In this document: positions 49,760 through 62,029 of the stretch, in pieces
Position numbering within the stretch: position 1 is the stretch's first letter
Layout of the letters: every line of letters begins with the position of its first letter
Source: Candidatus Binatia bacterium
Lineage (GTDB): Bacteria; Desulfobacterota; Binatia; HRBIN30
Direction of reading: 5' to 3'
Length of the DNA stretch: 64,000 bases
NCBI GenBank assembly: GCA_038245295.1
Contig: JBBRSP010000003.1
Location: 256,001 to 320,000, forward strand
Notes under the pieces: generated by a model
What the model saw: only the letters and a program-made list of their open reading frames with translations
The model's database searches: none
What the model was told of the DNA's origin: nothing
Made by a program: the position numbers and the translations under genes

Positions 49760-51181
49760 ATGACCGGGCGTATTTTGGTTGTCGACGACGAGAAGGCGCT
49801 GTTGCTGGCGCTGCGTGGGCTTCTCAGCAAGGAGGGCTACCAGGTCGAAACCGCCGGCAGCGGCGAGGAAGCTCTGCGCAAGATCCAGACCGGCAGCTTT
49901 CATTTGGTCGTGACCGATCTCAGCATGCAGGGAATGAATGGTTTGCAGCTGCTCGAGCAGGGGCGGGCGCTGGACCCGGACCTGGCAGTCATCATGATGA
50001 CCGCGTACGGTTCCGAGAAGATTGCCGTTGACGCAATGAAGCTCGGCGCTGCCGACTACGTCCCGAAGCCGTTCGACAACGACGAGCTGCGTGTCATCGT
50101 CCGGAAGACGATGGATACCGCCCTCTTACGGCGTGACCACAAGCGCCTTCTGCAGCAGGTCCAGGACTCGTTCAGCTTCGAACATATCGTCGGCCGCAGC
50201 CAGGCGATGCGCCGGGTGTTCGACACCATCGAACGGGTCGCCGACACCGACGTCACCGTATTGATCCGCGGGGACAGCGGTACCGGCAAAGAGCTCGTTG
50301 CCAATGCGCTCCATTACCGCAGTCCGCGCCGCGGCAAGCCGATGATCAAGATGAACTGTGCCGCCCTCAATCGCGAACTGGTGGAGAGCGAATTGTTCGG
50401 GCATGAGCGCGGCGCTTTCACCGGCGCCGTCGCAAGGCGCGAGGGCAAGTTTGAAGCCGCCGATGGCGGTAGCCTGTTTCTCGACGAAGTCGGCGATATG
50501 CCACTGGAGACGCAAGCAAAGTTGCTGCGGGCGATCCAGGAGAAAGAAGTCGAGCGAGTTGGTGGGAACGAGCCGATCAAGGTGGATGTCCGATTGATTG
50601 CCGCCACCAATCACGACCTCGAAGCGGCGGTGAAAGCCGGCCGCTTCCGCGAGGACCTGTACTATCGCCTGCGCGTCGTCGAAGTGCTCAACCCGGCGCT
50701 CGCCGACCGGCGCGAGGACATCCCGCTGCTGATCGATCATTTTCTGAAACAAGCGTCAGAGCACTTTCGCCGGCCGATCAAGCCACTGTCGACCGAGGCG
50801 CTGCAGGCCTGCTTGCAACACACGTGGCCCGGCAATGTGCGCGAGCTGCGCTCGGCGATCGAGCAGGCTCTCTTGCTCTCGCCGGGGCCAGAGATCACCA
50901 GTGCCGACCTGTTTGGTCCGCGTGCACCAGTCCCGAGTACCCCGATCAGCAATGGCGGTGTCGGGATCGGGTTTACAGCCGGCAACCTGCCGCCCAACTT
51001 TCGCGAAGCGAAGGATCGGGTCGTCGAATTGTTCGAGCGCGAGTTTCTGGCGCAGGCTCTGCGACGCCACAATGGCAACATCACCAAGGCCGCGGAGGAA
51101 GTCGGCATGTACCGCCAGAACTTTCAGCAGAAGATGCGTGACCTCGGCATCTCGGCCGGGGAAACGAAAGACGAATCCTAG
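49760..51181 (+). CDS. NtrC-family sigma54 response regulator
   Basis: Receiver (DDE, DLSM), GDSGTGKE, GAFTGA, WPGNVREL, Fis-type HTH. Confidence 0.95.
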   Translation: MTGRILVVDDEKALLLALRGLLSKEGYQVETAGSGEEALRKIQTGSFHLVVTDLSMQGMNGLQLLEQGRALDPDLAVIMMTAYGSEKIAVDAMKLGAADYVPKPFDNDELRVIVRKTMDTALLRRDHKRLLQQVQDSFSFEHIVGRSQAMRRVFDTIERVADTDVTVLIRGDSGTGKELVANALHYRSPRRGKPMIKMNCAALNRELVESELFGHERGAFTGAVARREGKFEAADGGSLFLDEVGDMPLETQAKLLRAIQEKEVERVGGNEPIKVDVRLIAATNHDLEAAVKAGRFREDLYYRLRVVEVLNPALADRREDIPLLIDHFLKQASEHFRRPIKPLSTEALQACLQHTWPGNVRELRSAIEQALLLSPGPEITSADLFGPRAPVPSTPISNGGVGIGFTAGNLPPNFREAKDRVVELFEREFLAQALRRHNGNITKAAEEVGMYRQNFQQKMRDLGISAGETKDES

Positions 51182-51260
51182 AACGGCGAGCCGACGGCCC
51201 GTCTCCGATGCCTCCTGTCGCGGAGCCGTACATCTGTGAATCCAGCCAAGTGCGGCGTGA

Positions 51261-51276
51261 GGGCACGCCGACTGCG
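51261..51276 (+). promoter_or_regulatory. sigma54 promoter upstream of pspA
   Basis: GGGCACGCCGACTGCG; shares GGCACG-N5-TGCGTT with the 48186 site. Confidence 0.65.
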
Positions 51277-51298
51277 TTTACGCGGAAGGGAGAACAGC

Positions 51299-52009
51299 AT
51301 GCGTATTTTCAAACGGATGATGGGATTGCTGCGCGGCCGTTTGCGGCAATGGGTCGGGACGCGGGAGAAGCACAACCCCGACGCCGTCTACGAAGAAGCA
51401 ATCGCCGATCGCTTGTCGCAGTATGAGCGGCTGCGCGAAGCGGCGGCTGGAATTCTGTACATGCGTAGCAAGCTCGCCAAGGAACTCGATCTGAAGAGCG
51501 CCGAGGTGCGGCGTGTCTCCTCGCAGCTGGCCGTCGCCGTCGATGGTGATGAGGATGACGTCGCGCTGGCGCTGATCCAACGGCGCGATCATCTCAACAG
51601 CGAGATCGATCGGCTGACCGGAGAGCTGAACGACGTCAGCAGCGAAGCCGAGGTCGCCAAGAAGAATCTTGCCTCGTTCCACGAGGAGATCACACGTCTG
51701 CGTGACGAGAAGACGCGGATGATGGCGCGGCTTGCCAACGCCCAGGCACGCCTGCGTTTTCAGTCGACATTGTCGGGTCTGTCACCCGAGGCAGATATCC
51801 AGGCCCTCGAAGCGGTGCGCGAACACGTGCACAAGGTGATGACGCAGGCCCAGATGGGCCGTGAACTCGGCGATGCTGATCTGGAACACCGCTTGAACGC
51901 TGTCCGTGACGCCGAGGCCGACGCAGCCGCACGCGCTCAACTGCAAGAGCTCAAGCGCTCGCGCCGCCGCTCGCTGGTTCCGCTCGTGATGACAAGCCAG
52001 CCTTCTTAG
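51299..52009 (+). CDS. pspA: PspA/IM30 family protein
   Basis: MRIFKRM amphipathic start, E..NPDA, DDVALALI, long coiled coils, A.AQLQELK tail. Confidence 0.85.
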   Translation: MRIFKRMMGLLRGRLRQWVGTREKHNPDAVYEEAIADRLSQYERLREAAAGILYMRSKLAKELDLKSAEVRRVSSQLAVAVDGDEDDVALALIQRRDHLNSEIDRLTGELNDVSSEAEVAKKNLASFHEEITRLRDEKTRMMARLANAQARLRFQSTLSGLSPEADIQALEAVREHVHKVMTQAQMGRELGDADLEHRLNAVRDAEADAAARAQLQELKRSRRRSLVPLVMTSQPS

Positions 52010-52019
52010 GCTGGAAGGT

Positions 52020-52658
52020 TTACCGGGCTCGTGTTCGACGCGGCTTCGAAGCTTGGACAGTGGCCGCGGCAGGCGCGGCCACCGCTGTCGGTAGGTGTTC
52101 CCAGCCGAGCAGCTGGCGGAAGTGCAGCCCGGCCCAGATCATGAACGGGAAGATCTGCGCGTCCATGGTCATCGTGAAGTTGGTCGCCATGGCGTAAAAG
52201 AAGCGCGCCCACGGCGCGAACTGCTGCGGTGCCCACTGGTTCGAATAGAAGAATTTTATCGCCAAGATGACGTCGAGCACCTGCAAACTGAGGGCGATCA
52301 ACAACCCGAGACCGACGCGCTTGAATTTCAGCCCCCAGGTTAGCGCCGGGGTTGCCAGTATCAGCGGGATCAGGAGGACCAGATTGGCCTGAATCCAGTC
52401 GGCCTCGATGGTTGGTGCTTGCGGACCGCGCGGAATGACGCGCGGCCAGAACTTGATGCCCTTGCCCTCGCCCCAGACCTCGGTGACTTGATGCCAGTTG
52501 CGATCCGACGATAACTCGACGCCGCGAATCGCCACGTTGACCACGCCGCCCAGGAATCGCGTGTAGTACGGCGCCAGATACTGCCAGGCGATGTACGTCA
52601 GGATCAGCGCCGGCAGTAGCCGGGCCAGGAACATCCCCGGCTTAATGCCCAGGTGCAT
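52020..52658 (-). CDS. Exosortase H-associated membrane protein-like
   Basis: LIPLILATP..W..K..GLGL..Q; overlaps the end of the exosortase gene (alternative start 52634). Confidence 0.6.
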   Translation of the reverse strand: MHLGIKPGMFLARLLPALILTYIAWQYLAPYYTRFLGGVVNVAIRGVELSSDRNWHQVTEVWGEGKGIKFWPRVIPRGPQAPTIEADWIQANLVLLIPLILATPALTWGLKFKRVGLGLLIALSLQVLDVILAIKFFYSNQWAPQQFAPWARFFYAMATNFTMTMDAQIFPFMIWAGLHFRQLLGWEHLPTAVAAPAAATVQASKPRRTRAR

Positions 52659-53184
52659 TGGCGAAACGGCCTGCCCAGAAGAGCCACGTGGCGATCGCAA
52701 TGGCGACGACGATCGATTGGGCGACGTAGACGTGGGTGTCGTGAAAATACTGATTGGCGAAGAGGCCGATCAGGAAGAGGCTGATGACACGCACGATGTT
52801 GAAGGAGTGGATGACGACGAAACCGAGGCCCATTCCGATGAAACGCGCGCGCCACGATGCCGGATAGGCACACACGGCGGCAAAGTAGATTGCTGTAGGC
52901 ACGGCCCCGGAACACGCTTCGCTGACCTCGACGATGAAGTCCCCGGACGACATCCGCGTGCCGTCGACCAACAACGGGAAATGCATCGGACCGGACAGCA
53001 GCTGCAAAAATCCCCCGGCGACCCAAGCCGCCAATCGGGCCATGCCCCACGCGAGGTTCATCCGGTTGGCGATCGGCGCGTAATCCGTCGCCATGAAGAA
53101 GGCGAAGATCAAACCCATGAACGTTGCCACCACGCGGATGGTCGGCCACATTTCGAGAAAACGCTTACGCAAAAAGTTCAGCAT
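52642..53184 (-). CDS. xrtH: Exosortase (XrtH-like)
   Basis: Cys-Arg-His triad: EACSG, NIVRV, HVYVAQ; AYPASW..R..G. Confidence 0.8.
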   Translation of the reverse strand: MLNFLRKRFLEMWPTIRVVATFMGLIFAFFMATDYAPIANRMNLAWGMARLAAWVAGGFLQLLSGPMHFPLLVDGTRMSSGDFIVEVSEACSGAVPTAIYFAAVCAYPASWRARFIGMGLGFVVIHSFNIVRVISLFLIGLFANQYFHDTHVYVAQSIVVAIAIATWLFWAGRFANAPGH

Positions 53185-53234
53185 GGTTCAGGAACGCGAC
53201 GCGAGTGTGGCGACGGGCCTCGGTGAAGTCAATG

Positions 53235-53363
53235 TCATTTGGCCATTTGGTCATTTGGCCATCTAGTCATTTAGCCATTTAGCCATTTGGTCGGCTGGTC
53301 AAGGTGGCGTACGCGAGGCATCGGCGGCGCAAGAGGGCCATTTGGCAAAATGGCAAAATGACC
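53235..53363. repeat. 8-nt tandem repeat (Y)CAT(Y)T(R)G x7 plus inverted copies
   Basis: tcatttgg ccatttgg tcatttgg ccatctag tcatttag ccatttag ccatttgg; downstream caaaatgg caaaatga. Confidence 0.8.
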
Positions 53364-53412
53364 AGTCGGCCCGATGACCAGGCGGCAAAATGTCTCTAAT
53401 GTCGTTCCCCGC

Positions 53413-55989
53413 ATGATGGTCCTCTCTGCTGTTCGCCGCTTTGTCGGCTTTGTGGCCGCCGCTCTCGTCGTGGCTCTGTGTGCCGGCGCTGTAGCGGGGT
53501 ATCTGGCGATCCAGGGGCTGAACCTCTCCCTGCTGCGGCGGGCCGCTTCCTTCGTCGGGACGCTGACGGCGGGACAGCGCGTCGAACGTCTCAAGCTCGA
53601 CGTCAACGCCAATCCGGCGACGTCGGAATTGTCGGTCACCGCAACCGTCAACGTGCGTGCCACGGCCGGTGAACGTAGTCGCCTGTATTTCCTGCTCAAC
53701 GACGGACTACGCATTCGTTCAGCCCAACGCACTCTGAACAGCGGTGTGTCCGTGCCCTTGCGTACCTACCAGGCTGCCGTGCTCGCTGTGGTGGTTCTCG
53801 ACCCACCCCTGCAGAAAGATGAGACCACCGAATTGGTTTTCGACTATGCCGGTAAGCTCGACCTGACGCGCCTCGGCGAAGCCGGTGATCGCAGCGGGAA
53901 AGAGTTCATCCTCGGGCCGGAGGCGTTCTGGTACCCCCTCGACGGCGAGAGCTTCTTCGACGCGGACGTCCAGGTCACTACGCCAAAGCCATTTGTTGTT
54001 GCCTACAACGGTGTGCCGATCGATGAATCCGAGCGCGGACTGTTGCGACGTGTGCATTGGCGCAGCGAGCGCCCCGTGTCCGGTCTTTCGCTGATCGCGG
54101 GCGACTATCGTCTCGACGAACGCGAAGCGGACGGCGTCACTCTGCGCCTGTACCAAGCGTCTGACGTCCAACTCGATACCAACGCGACCCTCGATCGGAT
54201 GGAACGAGCCCGGCAACTCCTTGTCGAACGTCTCGGGCCGAGTGGGTTCCGGCGCACGACAATCTTTGCGACTCGGGCGATCCGCCGCGGCTTCAACGAC
54301 GGGACCGGCTTGATCGGTTTATCGCTCCGCTACTTCCGGCAGTCCGACCAAGGCTTCGCCCTGATCGCGCACGAGATGGCGCATGACTGGTGGGGTGGGA
54401 CCGTCGCCGGTCATTGGCTCTCCGGGCAATCCGGCGGCCAATGGATTGTCGAAGGCATGGCGGAGTTCTCGAGCCTGGCGGTCGCCGAAACGGAATACGG
54501 ACCGCGCGCCATGCAGCAGCGCTTGCCACAAGAGTTCTTCGATCCGCAACGTCAACGCGCCGTCAGCTCGATGACCGTGCTGGATAACCTCCTGGATGAA
54601 GAGGTCGCGCGCGACACGATTTATCGAAAGGGCTCGTATGTCGCGACCCTGCTGCGCCGGCAGCTCGGTGACGACGCGATGTTCCAAGGCTTACGAGAGT
54701 TCCTCCAGAAGCACCGCTTTTCGCACGCCACGGATGGTGAACTGCAAGCAGCGCTCGAAGGCGACACCCCAGGGAAATTGGAGCCGTTCTTCGCCGACTG
54801 GCTGCGCTCGGCCAAGCTGCTCGACTTGTCCATCGAACCCAAGAGCCCGAGCGAAGTAACAATCGCCAATCTCGGCAAGGTCACGGCACCGGCAGCTGTC
54901 GATGTTCTGATCACGTTCAAAGACGGCGCCGAGCCGGAGCACCGCACGGTAGCGGTAGGCGACACCTTGGGGATCGACGCGAACACGGCTTCGATCAGCC
55001 TCGATCCGCAACTGATCTGGCCCGATGTGACGCGCGAGAACAATCGTTTCCCCCGTCGCGAGGACCCGTTGGCGCTGGCCGTCTCGGCCAAAGGCACGAT
55101 CGCCGTGGCGCGCGGGAGTCTGTTGCCGTGGGAGCGGGCGGCGATCGATCTTCCGAGCGGCGATCCCAGCCAGCGACATAGTTGGACACTCGAGCGCGGG
55201 CTCGTGCAGGTGCCGACGTGGGATGCCGGCGGACAAGCCCTCGTCGCCAGCGTGTCGGATCCCGATGCGCCATGGCCCAGCATCGTTGTACTGTCGTCAA
55301 CTGGAGCGCGTCGCGAGCTTGGACACGGCACGTCTCCCGCGATCACACCGAACGGCGAAGTGTGGGCCGGGCAGGGCGACAAGCTCGTACACTTTGACGC
55401 GCAGGGAGTTGCGGAGCCGATCGTACAACGGGCACGGCGTGTGCTCGATCAACCGTGGCCGTCGCCCGATGGCGAAGCCGTCGCCTACACCTCGAGCCTC
55501 GGTAATTCGTTGGACCTGCGCTTGCGCAGCCACGGCGACGATCGGGTTCTCCTGTCCTGGGACCGTGATCGGCTATCCTGCCGCTGGGCGACGGACGCGA
55601 AGCGCTTGTACTGCCTGATCGGCGGTCAGGCCGACTGGCAAATCTGGGAGATCGCGATCGACGGCAGCGCCGTTCGTGTATTGGTCCGCGAGGCGACCGC
55701 CATCGGCGATCTGGCAGTTTCGCCCGACGGCAAGCGGCTGGCATTTACCGCGGCCGAACAGAGCAGCTATCCGGAGACACGGCGCGAATTGTATGTCCTG
55801 CAACTCGATACCCGGTCTGTGGCAACCTTCGACGCACCGGCGCAGGATTTGTCGCGCTTGGTATGGAACGGCGACGACCAGATTCTGGTCATCGCCTCGG
55901 AAGCCGAGCCACTCTCGTATCCGGCGCGCCGCAGCGTCCTGGCGCTTTCGCCGAGCGAAGGCCATTTCGTGGAGTGGACAGCCCACTAG
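53413..55989 (+). CDS. Membrane-anchored M1-like aminopeptidase with C-terminal TolB/PD40-like propeller
   Basis: AHEMAHDWWG..WIVEGMAEF, IYRKG; PSPDG/VSPDG repeats. Confidence 0.8.
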   Translation: MMVLSAVRRFVGFVAAALVVALCAGAVAGYLAIQGLNLSLLRRAASFVGTLTAGQRVERLKLDVNANPATSELSVTATVNVRATAGERSRLYFLLNDGLRIRSAQRTLNSGVSVPLRTYQAAVLAVVVLDPPLQKDETTELVFDYAGKLDLTRLGEAGDRSGKEFILGPEAFWYPLDGESFFDADVQVTTPKPFVVAYNGVPIDESERGLLRRVHWRSERPVSGLSLIAGDYRLDEREADGVTLRLYQASDVQLDTNATLDRMERARQLLVERLGPSGFRRTTIFATRAIRRGFNDGTGLIGLSLRYFRQSDQGFALIAHEMAHDWWGGTVAGHWLSGQSGGQWIVEGMAEFSSLAVAETEYGPRAMQQRLPQEFFDPQRQRAVSSMTVLDNLLDEEVARDTIYRKGSYVATLLRRQLGDDAMFQGLREFLQKHRFSHATDGELQAALEGDTPGKLEPFFADWLRSAKLLDLSIEPKSPSEVTIANLGKVTAPAAVDVLITFKDGAEPEHRTVAVGDTLGIDANTASISLDPQLIWPDVTRENNRFPRREDPLALAVSAKGTIAVARGSLLPWERAAIDLPSGDPSQRHSWTLERGLVQVPTWDAGGQALVASVSDPDAPWPSIVVLSSTGARRELGHGTSPAITPNGEVWAGQGDKLVHFDAQGVAEPIVQRARRVLDQPWPSPDGEAVAYTSSLGNSLDLRLRSHGDDRVLLSWDRDRLSCRWATDAKRLYCLIGGQADWQIWEIAIDGSAVRVLVREATAIGDLAVSPDGKRLAFTAAEQSSYPETRRELYVLQLDTRSVATFDAPAQDLSRLVWNGDDQILVIASEAEPLSYPARRSVLALSPSEGHFVEWTAH

Positions 55990-56007
55990 CGTGGACCGTA
56001 CGCCCGC

Positions 56008-57117
56008 CTAGCGGCGCGGTGCCGCCGTCTGCTCGATGATTCGCTCGAGGTCCTGAACCAGCAGTGCGAGGGTGCGAGGATCATCGGCGCACAGGTTGAC
56101 GTGCCCGAGCTTGCGGCCGGCCCGAGGCTCCTTGCCGTAGAGGTGAAGGTGGGCGCCCGGCAGTGACAGAACTTCCGAGGTGCTGGGCACGCTGCCGACG
56201 AGATTCAGCATGGCGGCGCAGCCAACTGCCTCGGTGCCGCCGAGGGGCCAGCCGAGAATGGCCCGCAAATGATTCTCGAACTGACTCGTCTCTGAGCCAT
56301 CCATCGTCCAATGTCCTGAGTTGTGTACGCGGGGCGCCATCTCGTTGGCGAGCAGCGTGCCGTCGAGGTCGAAGAACTCGATCGCCAGGACTCCGACATA
56401 GTGAAGCGCGTCGAGCAAATGCGCCGCGTGGGCATCGACCGCCTGCGTAGTCGCCGTCGACAGATTGGCCGCCGGGGCCAGTGATCGATGCAGGATGCCA
56501 CCGCGATGCTCGTTCTCCACCAAGGGATAGAAGACGCTCGGACCCGATCGTGAGCGCACGGCCAAAACGGAAATCTCGCGTTTGAAAGGGACAAACGCTT
56601 CGAGGATCAACGGCGCAGCGCCCAATTCCTGCCAGGCGGCGTCGATGTCGCTCGCCTCGCGCAAGACTCGTTGGCCCTTGCCGTCGTAGCCGAGGCGGCG
56701 CGTCTTCAGCACCGCCGGCAAGCCGATCGAGCTGAGCGCATCCAGCAACTCGGCATGTGAGTCGACTGCGGCGAAGGCGGGCGTCGGGATGCCGAGGCGC
56801 CTGAACATCGTCTTCTCGGCCAGACGGTCTTGCGCCACATCGAGTGCTTCAGGCGGAGGAAACACAGGGATCCACGTGGCAAGATGGCGCGGCGCTTCCA
56901 CCGGCACGTTTTCAAATTCGTAGGTCACGACATCCACCGCGGCGGCGAGGCGGTCGAGTGCGGCGCGATCATCGAACGGCGCCTTGATGCGATCGGCAAG
57001 ACCGTCGGTGGGCGCGTCCTCAACGGGGTCGAGGAAGAGGAATTCCAGGCCTAGCGGGTAGCCGGCCAGAGCCAACATGCGGCCGAGCTGGCCCGCTCCG
57101 AGGACTCCAACGCGCAT
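56008..57117 (-). CDS. purK: N5-carboxyaminoimidazole ribonucleotide synthase
   Basis: GAGQLGRM, TYEFENV, GYDGKGQ, NEMAPRVHNSGHW. Confidence 0.96.
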   Translation of the reverse strand: MRVGVLGAGQLGRMLALAGYPLGLEFLFLDPVEDAPTDGLADRIKAPFDDRAALDRLAAAVDVVTYEFENVPVEAPRHLATWIPVFPPPEALDVAQDRLAEKTMFRRLGIPTPAFAAVDSHAELLDALSSIGLPAVLKTRRLGYDGKGQRVLREASDIDAAWQELGAAPLILEAFVPFKREISVLAVRSRSGPSVFYPLVENEHRGGILHRSLAPAANLSTATTQAVDAHAAHLLDALHYVGVLAIEFFDLDGTLLANEMAPRVHNSGHWTMDGSETSQFENHLRAILGWPLGGTEAVGCAAMLNLVGSVPSTSEVLSLPGAHLHLYGKEPRAGRKLGHVNLCADDPRTLALLVQDLERIIEQTAAPRR

Positions 57118-57629
57118 CAGGCGATTCGCGGGTCGGGAGATTTCAGTACCGAGCGAGTTTGTTTCGCCCGGAAGGCGCGTAGGGCCTTTGCGTGGCCGGC
57201 GTGTTTGCGGCCGAGGATGGCGGTGGCCAAGAGCGCCGCGTTGATGGCGCCGGCCTTGCCGATGGCAAGGGTGGCGACCGGGATACCTGCGGGCATCTGA
57301 ACGATCGACAGCAGAGAGTCGACGCCGCGCAGGCTCTTCGACTCGACCGGTACGCCGAGCACCGGGAGAATGGTCTTTGCCGCGGCCATCCCCGGCAGAT
57401 GCGCCGCACCGCCGGCGCCGGCAATGATGACATCAATGCCACGCCCCTCGGCGGTCGAAGCATATTCGAAAAGCAGGTCGGGAGTGCGGTGTGCCGACAC
57501 GACGCGCACCTCGTACGGAACGCCGAGCGAGTCCAGCATTTCCGCCGCATGCTGCATCGTCTCCCAATCGGAGCGAGAACCCATGATGATGCCGACGAGT
57601 GGCTTCGGCGCGGCCGGTTTGGCTGGCAT
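57117..57629 (-). CDS. purE: N5-CAIR mutase
   Basis: [29 protein letters not shown]. Confidence 0.96.
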   Translation of the reverse strand: MPAKPAAPKPLVGIIMGSRSDWETMQHAAEMLDSLGVPYEVRVVSAHRTPDLLFEYASTAEGRGIDVIIAGAGGAAHLPGMAAAKTILPVLGVPVESKSLRGVDSLLSIVQMPAGIPVATLAIGKAGAINAALLATAILGRKHAGHAKALRAFRAKQTRSVLKSPDPRIA

Positions 57630-57766
57630 CTGCGGGCTGTAGCAAGGCCGAGCGCGGCAACGCAACGGACGCAGGGAAAATCGCATCATCCCTTGCCCGT
57701 TGCCCAGGTTCCAACGGTGCCGGGCAACGGCAAGGGCACGGGCGAGTGGTGGTGTTTCGACGCGCT

Positions 57767-59482
57767 TTACTTGGCCAAATCACGCCGGACAGCGGTCACC
57801 AGCGTCTCGACCGCGTTGGCGATTGGCAGGTCGTCCGCCTTGGCTTCGCGGCGCGGTTTGAACTCGACCGCGTTACGCTCGAGTGCCTTGGCCCCGACGT
57901 TCACGCGGTACGGGATGCCGATCAAATCGGCATCCTTGAACTTGATTCCGGGGCGCTCTTCGCGATCGTCGAGCAACACCTCGATCCCCGCGGCCAGGAG
58001 GTCGTTGTAGAGCGTGTCGGCCGCGTTGCGGACATTCTCGTCGGTGCCAACCTGGACGATATGTACATGCGCCGGGGCGAGAGCGGTCGGCCAGATGATG
58101 CCGTTGTTGTCGTGATTCTGTTCGATGGCGGCGGCGGCGGTGCGCGTGATGCCGATGCCGTAACAGCCCATCTCCATCGGCGTTTCCTGTCCGGCGGCAT
58201 CGAGGAACGTGCACTTCATTGGGGCGCTGTACTTGGTGCCGAGATAGAAGATGTTGCCCACCTCGATGCCGCGGTTGGCGTCGAAGTTGCCGGAGGAGCA
58301 ACGCGGACACGGATCGCCGGCACGCGCCAGGCGTAGATCGGCGTAGGTGACCCCGGCGAGATCTCGTTGGGCGTCGACGTCGGTTAAATGGTGATCGGTC
58401 TCGTTCGCCCCGACCACCGCCGAACGCAGATGCTGAACCGCTTCGTCGGCGACGACGCGGGCCTTCAGACCGATCGGCCCGGCGAAGCCAACCGCCGCTC
58501 CGGTGAGTTTCTCGACCGTCTCCGGGTCGGCCATGGCGACCCACTCGACGCCGAGCATCGTACGCAACTTGATTTCGCTGATTTCGTGGTCGCCGCGGAC
58601 CAGGGCAGCAACCGTTTCGCCACGGTTGGTCAGATAGAGCAGCGTCTTGATGAAGCGCTCGGGTGGCTCGGAAAGGAAGGCCGAGACCTCCTCGATCGTG
58701 CGCTTGCCCGGAGTGCGGACCTTTTTGAGCGGACTCGCCGTGGCGGCCACCGGGCTGCGCGTCGCACCGATCTCCGCCTTTTCCACGTTGGCCGCATACT
58801 CGCAGGCGTTGCAGCTGACGATGGCATCCTCGCCCGAGTCGGCAAGCACCTGGAACTCGTGCGCGCGTCGTCCGCCGATGGCGCCGGTATCGGATTCGAC
58901 CATGCGCGTCGACAGACCGCAGCGCTCGAAGATCCGGCGGTAGGTTTTCGCCATCACCTCATATTCGCGGTTGCAGTCGTCGGAGTCGGCGTGGAACGAA
59001 TACGCGTCCTTCATGATGAATTCGCGACCGCGCATCAGCCCGAAGCGCGGACGCATCTCATCGCGAAACTTGGATTGGACCTGGTACAGATTGATCGGCA
59101 ACTCGCGGTAACTGCGCACGTCGCGACGCACCAGGTCGGTCACGACCTCTTCGTGTGTCGGGCCGAAGCAGAAGTCGCGTTCGTAGCGATCCTTCATGCG
59201 CAATAATTCCTTGCCGTATTTGTCCCAGCGCCCGCTCTCCTGCCAGAGCTCGGCAGGGCAGATCGCCGGCATCAGGATCTCCTGCGCCCCGGAACGGTCC
59301 ATCTCTTCGCGCACGATCTGCTCGACCTTGCGCACGACGCGCAGCCCGAGCGGCAAGAAGTCGTAAATGCCGCGCGCCACCTGGCGAATCATGCCGGCTC
59401 GCACCATCAGCTTGTGGCTGACGACTTCCGCGTCGGAGGGCTCTTGCTTCAATGTGGGGATCAACGAATTCCGGTAACGCAT
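57767..59482 (-). CDS. proS: Proline--tRNA ligase
   Basis: [30 protein letters not shown], anticodon-binding domain. Confidence 0.97.
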   Translation of the reverse strand: MRYRNSLIPTLKQEPSDAEVVSHKLMVRAGMIRQVARGIYDFLPLGLRVVRKVEQIVREEMDRSGAQEILMPAICPAELWQESGRWDKYGKELLRMKDRYERDFCFGPTHEEVVTDLVRRDVRSYRELPINLYQVQSKFRDEMRPRFGLMRGREFIMKDAYSFHADSDDCNREYEVMAKTYRRIFERCGLSTRMVESDTGAIGGRRAHEFQVLADSGEDAIVSCNACEYAANVEKAEIGATRSPVAATASPLKKVRTPGKRTIEEVSAFLSEPPERFIKTLLYLTNRGETVAALVRGDHEISEIKLRTMLGVEWVAMADPETVEKLTGAAVGFAGPIGLKARVVADEAVQHLRSAVVGANETDHHLTDVDAQRDLAGVTYADLRLARAGDPCPRCSSGNFDANRGIEVGNIFYLGTKYSAPMKCTFLDAAGQETPMEMGCYGIGITRTAAAAIEQNHDNNGIIWPTALAPAHVHIVQVGTDENVRNAADTLYNDLLAAGIEVLLDDREERPGIKFKDADLIGIPYRVNVGAKALERNAVEFKPRREAKADDLPIANAVETLVTAVRRDLAK

Positions 59483-59614
59483 AGTGGCGCGGAACCTAGT
59501 TGCGCCGCGGCGGTGGGGTCAAGGGACGTTCGACGATTGTGTCCGACGAAAGCGTGCTCCGACCCCAATTGGCGTGCCGGTATCGAACTGATATAGCCCC
59601 AGCGTTGCATCCAT

Positions 59615-60352
59615 ATGGTTTCTGACGTCATCGCCATCATTCCGGCTCGCTACGAGTCTACCCGTCTCCCTGGAAAACCTCTCGCCGACATTGCCGGCAA
59701 GCCGATGATCCAGCACGTGTACGAGCGCGCCGCCGCCGTCCGGTCGATTGCCCGGGTAATTGTCGCGACCGACGACGCGCGTATCCAAAAGACCGTGCAA
59801 GGATTTGGCGGCGAGGCATTCATGACCGGCACCCAGCACGTGTCGGGCACCGACCGCATCGCCGAGGTGGCCCGCACCCTGGATGCGGAGATTCTTGTGA
59901 ATGTTCAAGGAGACTTGCCGTTTCTGGAAGCCGGGATGGTCGACGACGCGATCGGCGAGCTCCGGGCCGACGACAGTCTGCCCATGAGCACCGTGAAGAC
60001 GGTGATTCGCGATGCCGAGGCGATGAATAACCCCAATGTCGTGAAGGTCGTGACCAACCGCGACGGCGACGCCCTGTATTTTTCACGCAGCCCACTCCCG
60101 TACTGGAGAGGGGTGACAGACGATGGTGTCATGGGATACAAGCACCTCGGTCTATACGGGTACCGACGCGACTTCCTGCTGCGCTTTACCGAACTGCAAC
60201 CAACCCCGCTTGAGTTAGCGGAGAAGTTGGAACAGCTTCGGGCACTGGAGTTTGGTTACCGGATTCGCGTCGTGGAAACCGTCGCTGGGCTTGGTGTGGA
60301 AGTGGATACGCCGGAAGATCTCGAACGCGCTCGTCGCGTCGCGGCGAGCTGA
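59615..60352 (+). CDS. kdsB: 3-deoxy-manno-octulosonate cytidylyltransferase
   Basis: IPARYESTRLPGKPL, SGTDR, NVQGD, LEQLR. Confidence 0.96.
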   Translation: MVSDVIAIIPARYESTRLPGKPLADIAGKPMIQHVYERAAAVRSIARVIVATDDARIQKTVQGFGGEAFMTGTQHVSGTDRIAEVARTLDAEILVNVQGDLPFLEAGMVDDAIGELRADDSLPMSTVKTVIRDAEAMNNPNVVKVVTNRDGDALYFSRSPLPYWRGVTDDGVMGYKHLGLYGYRRDFLLRFTELQPTPLELAEKLEQLRALEFGYRIRVVETVAGLGVEVDTPEDLERARRVAAS

Positions 60353-62023
<1,671 letters not shown>

Positions 62024-62029
62024 GACGGT

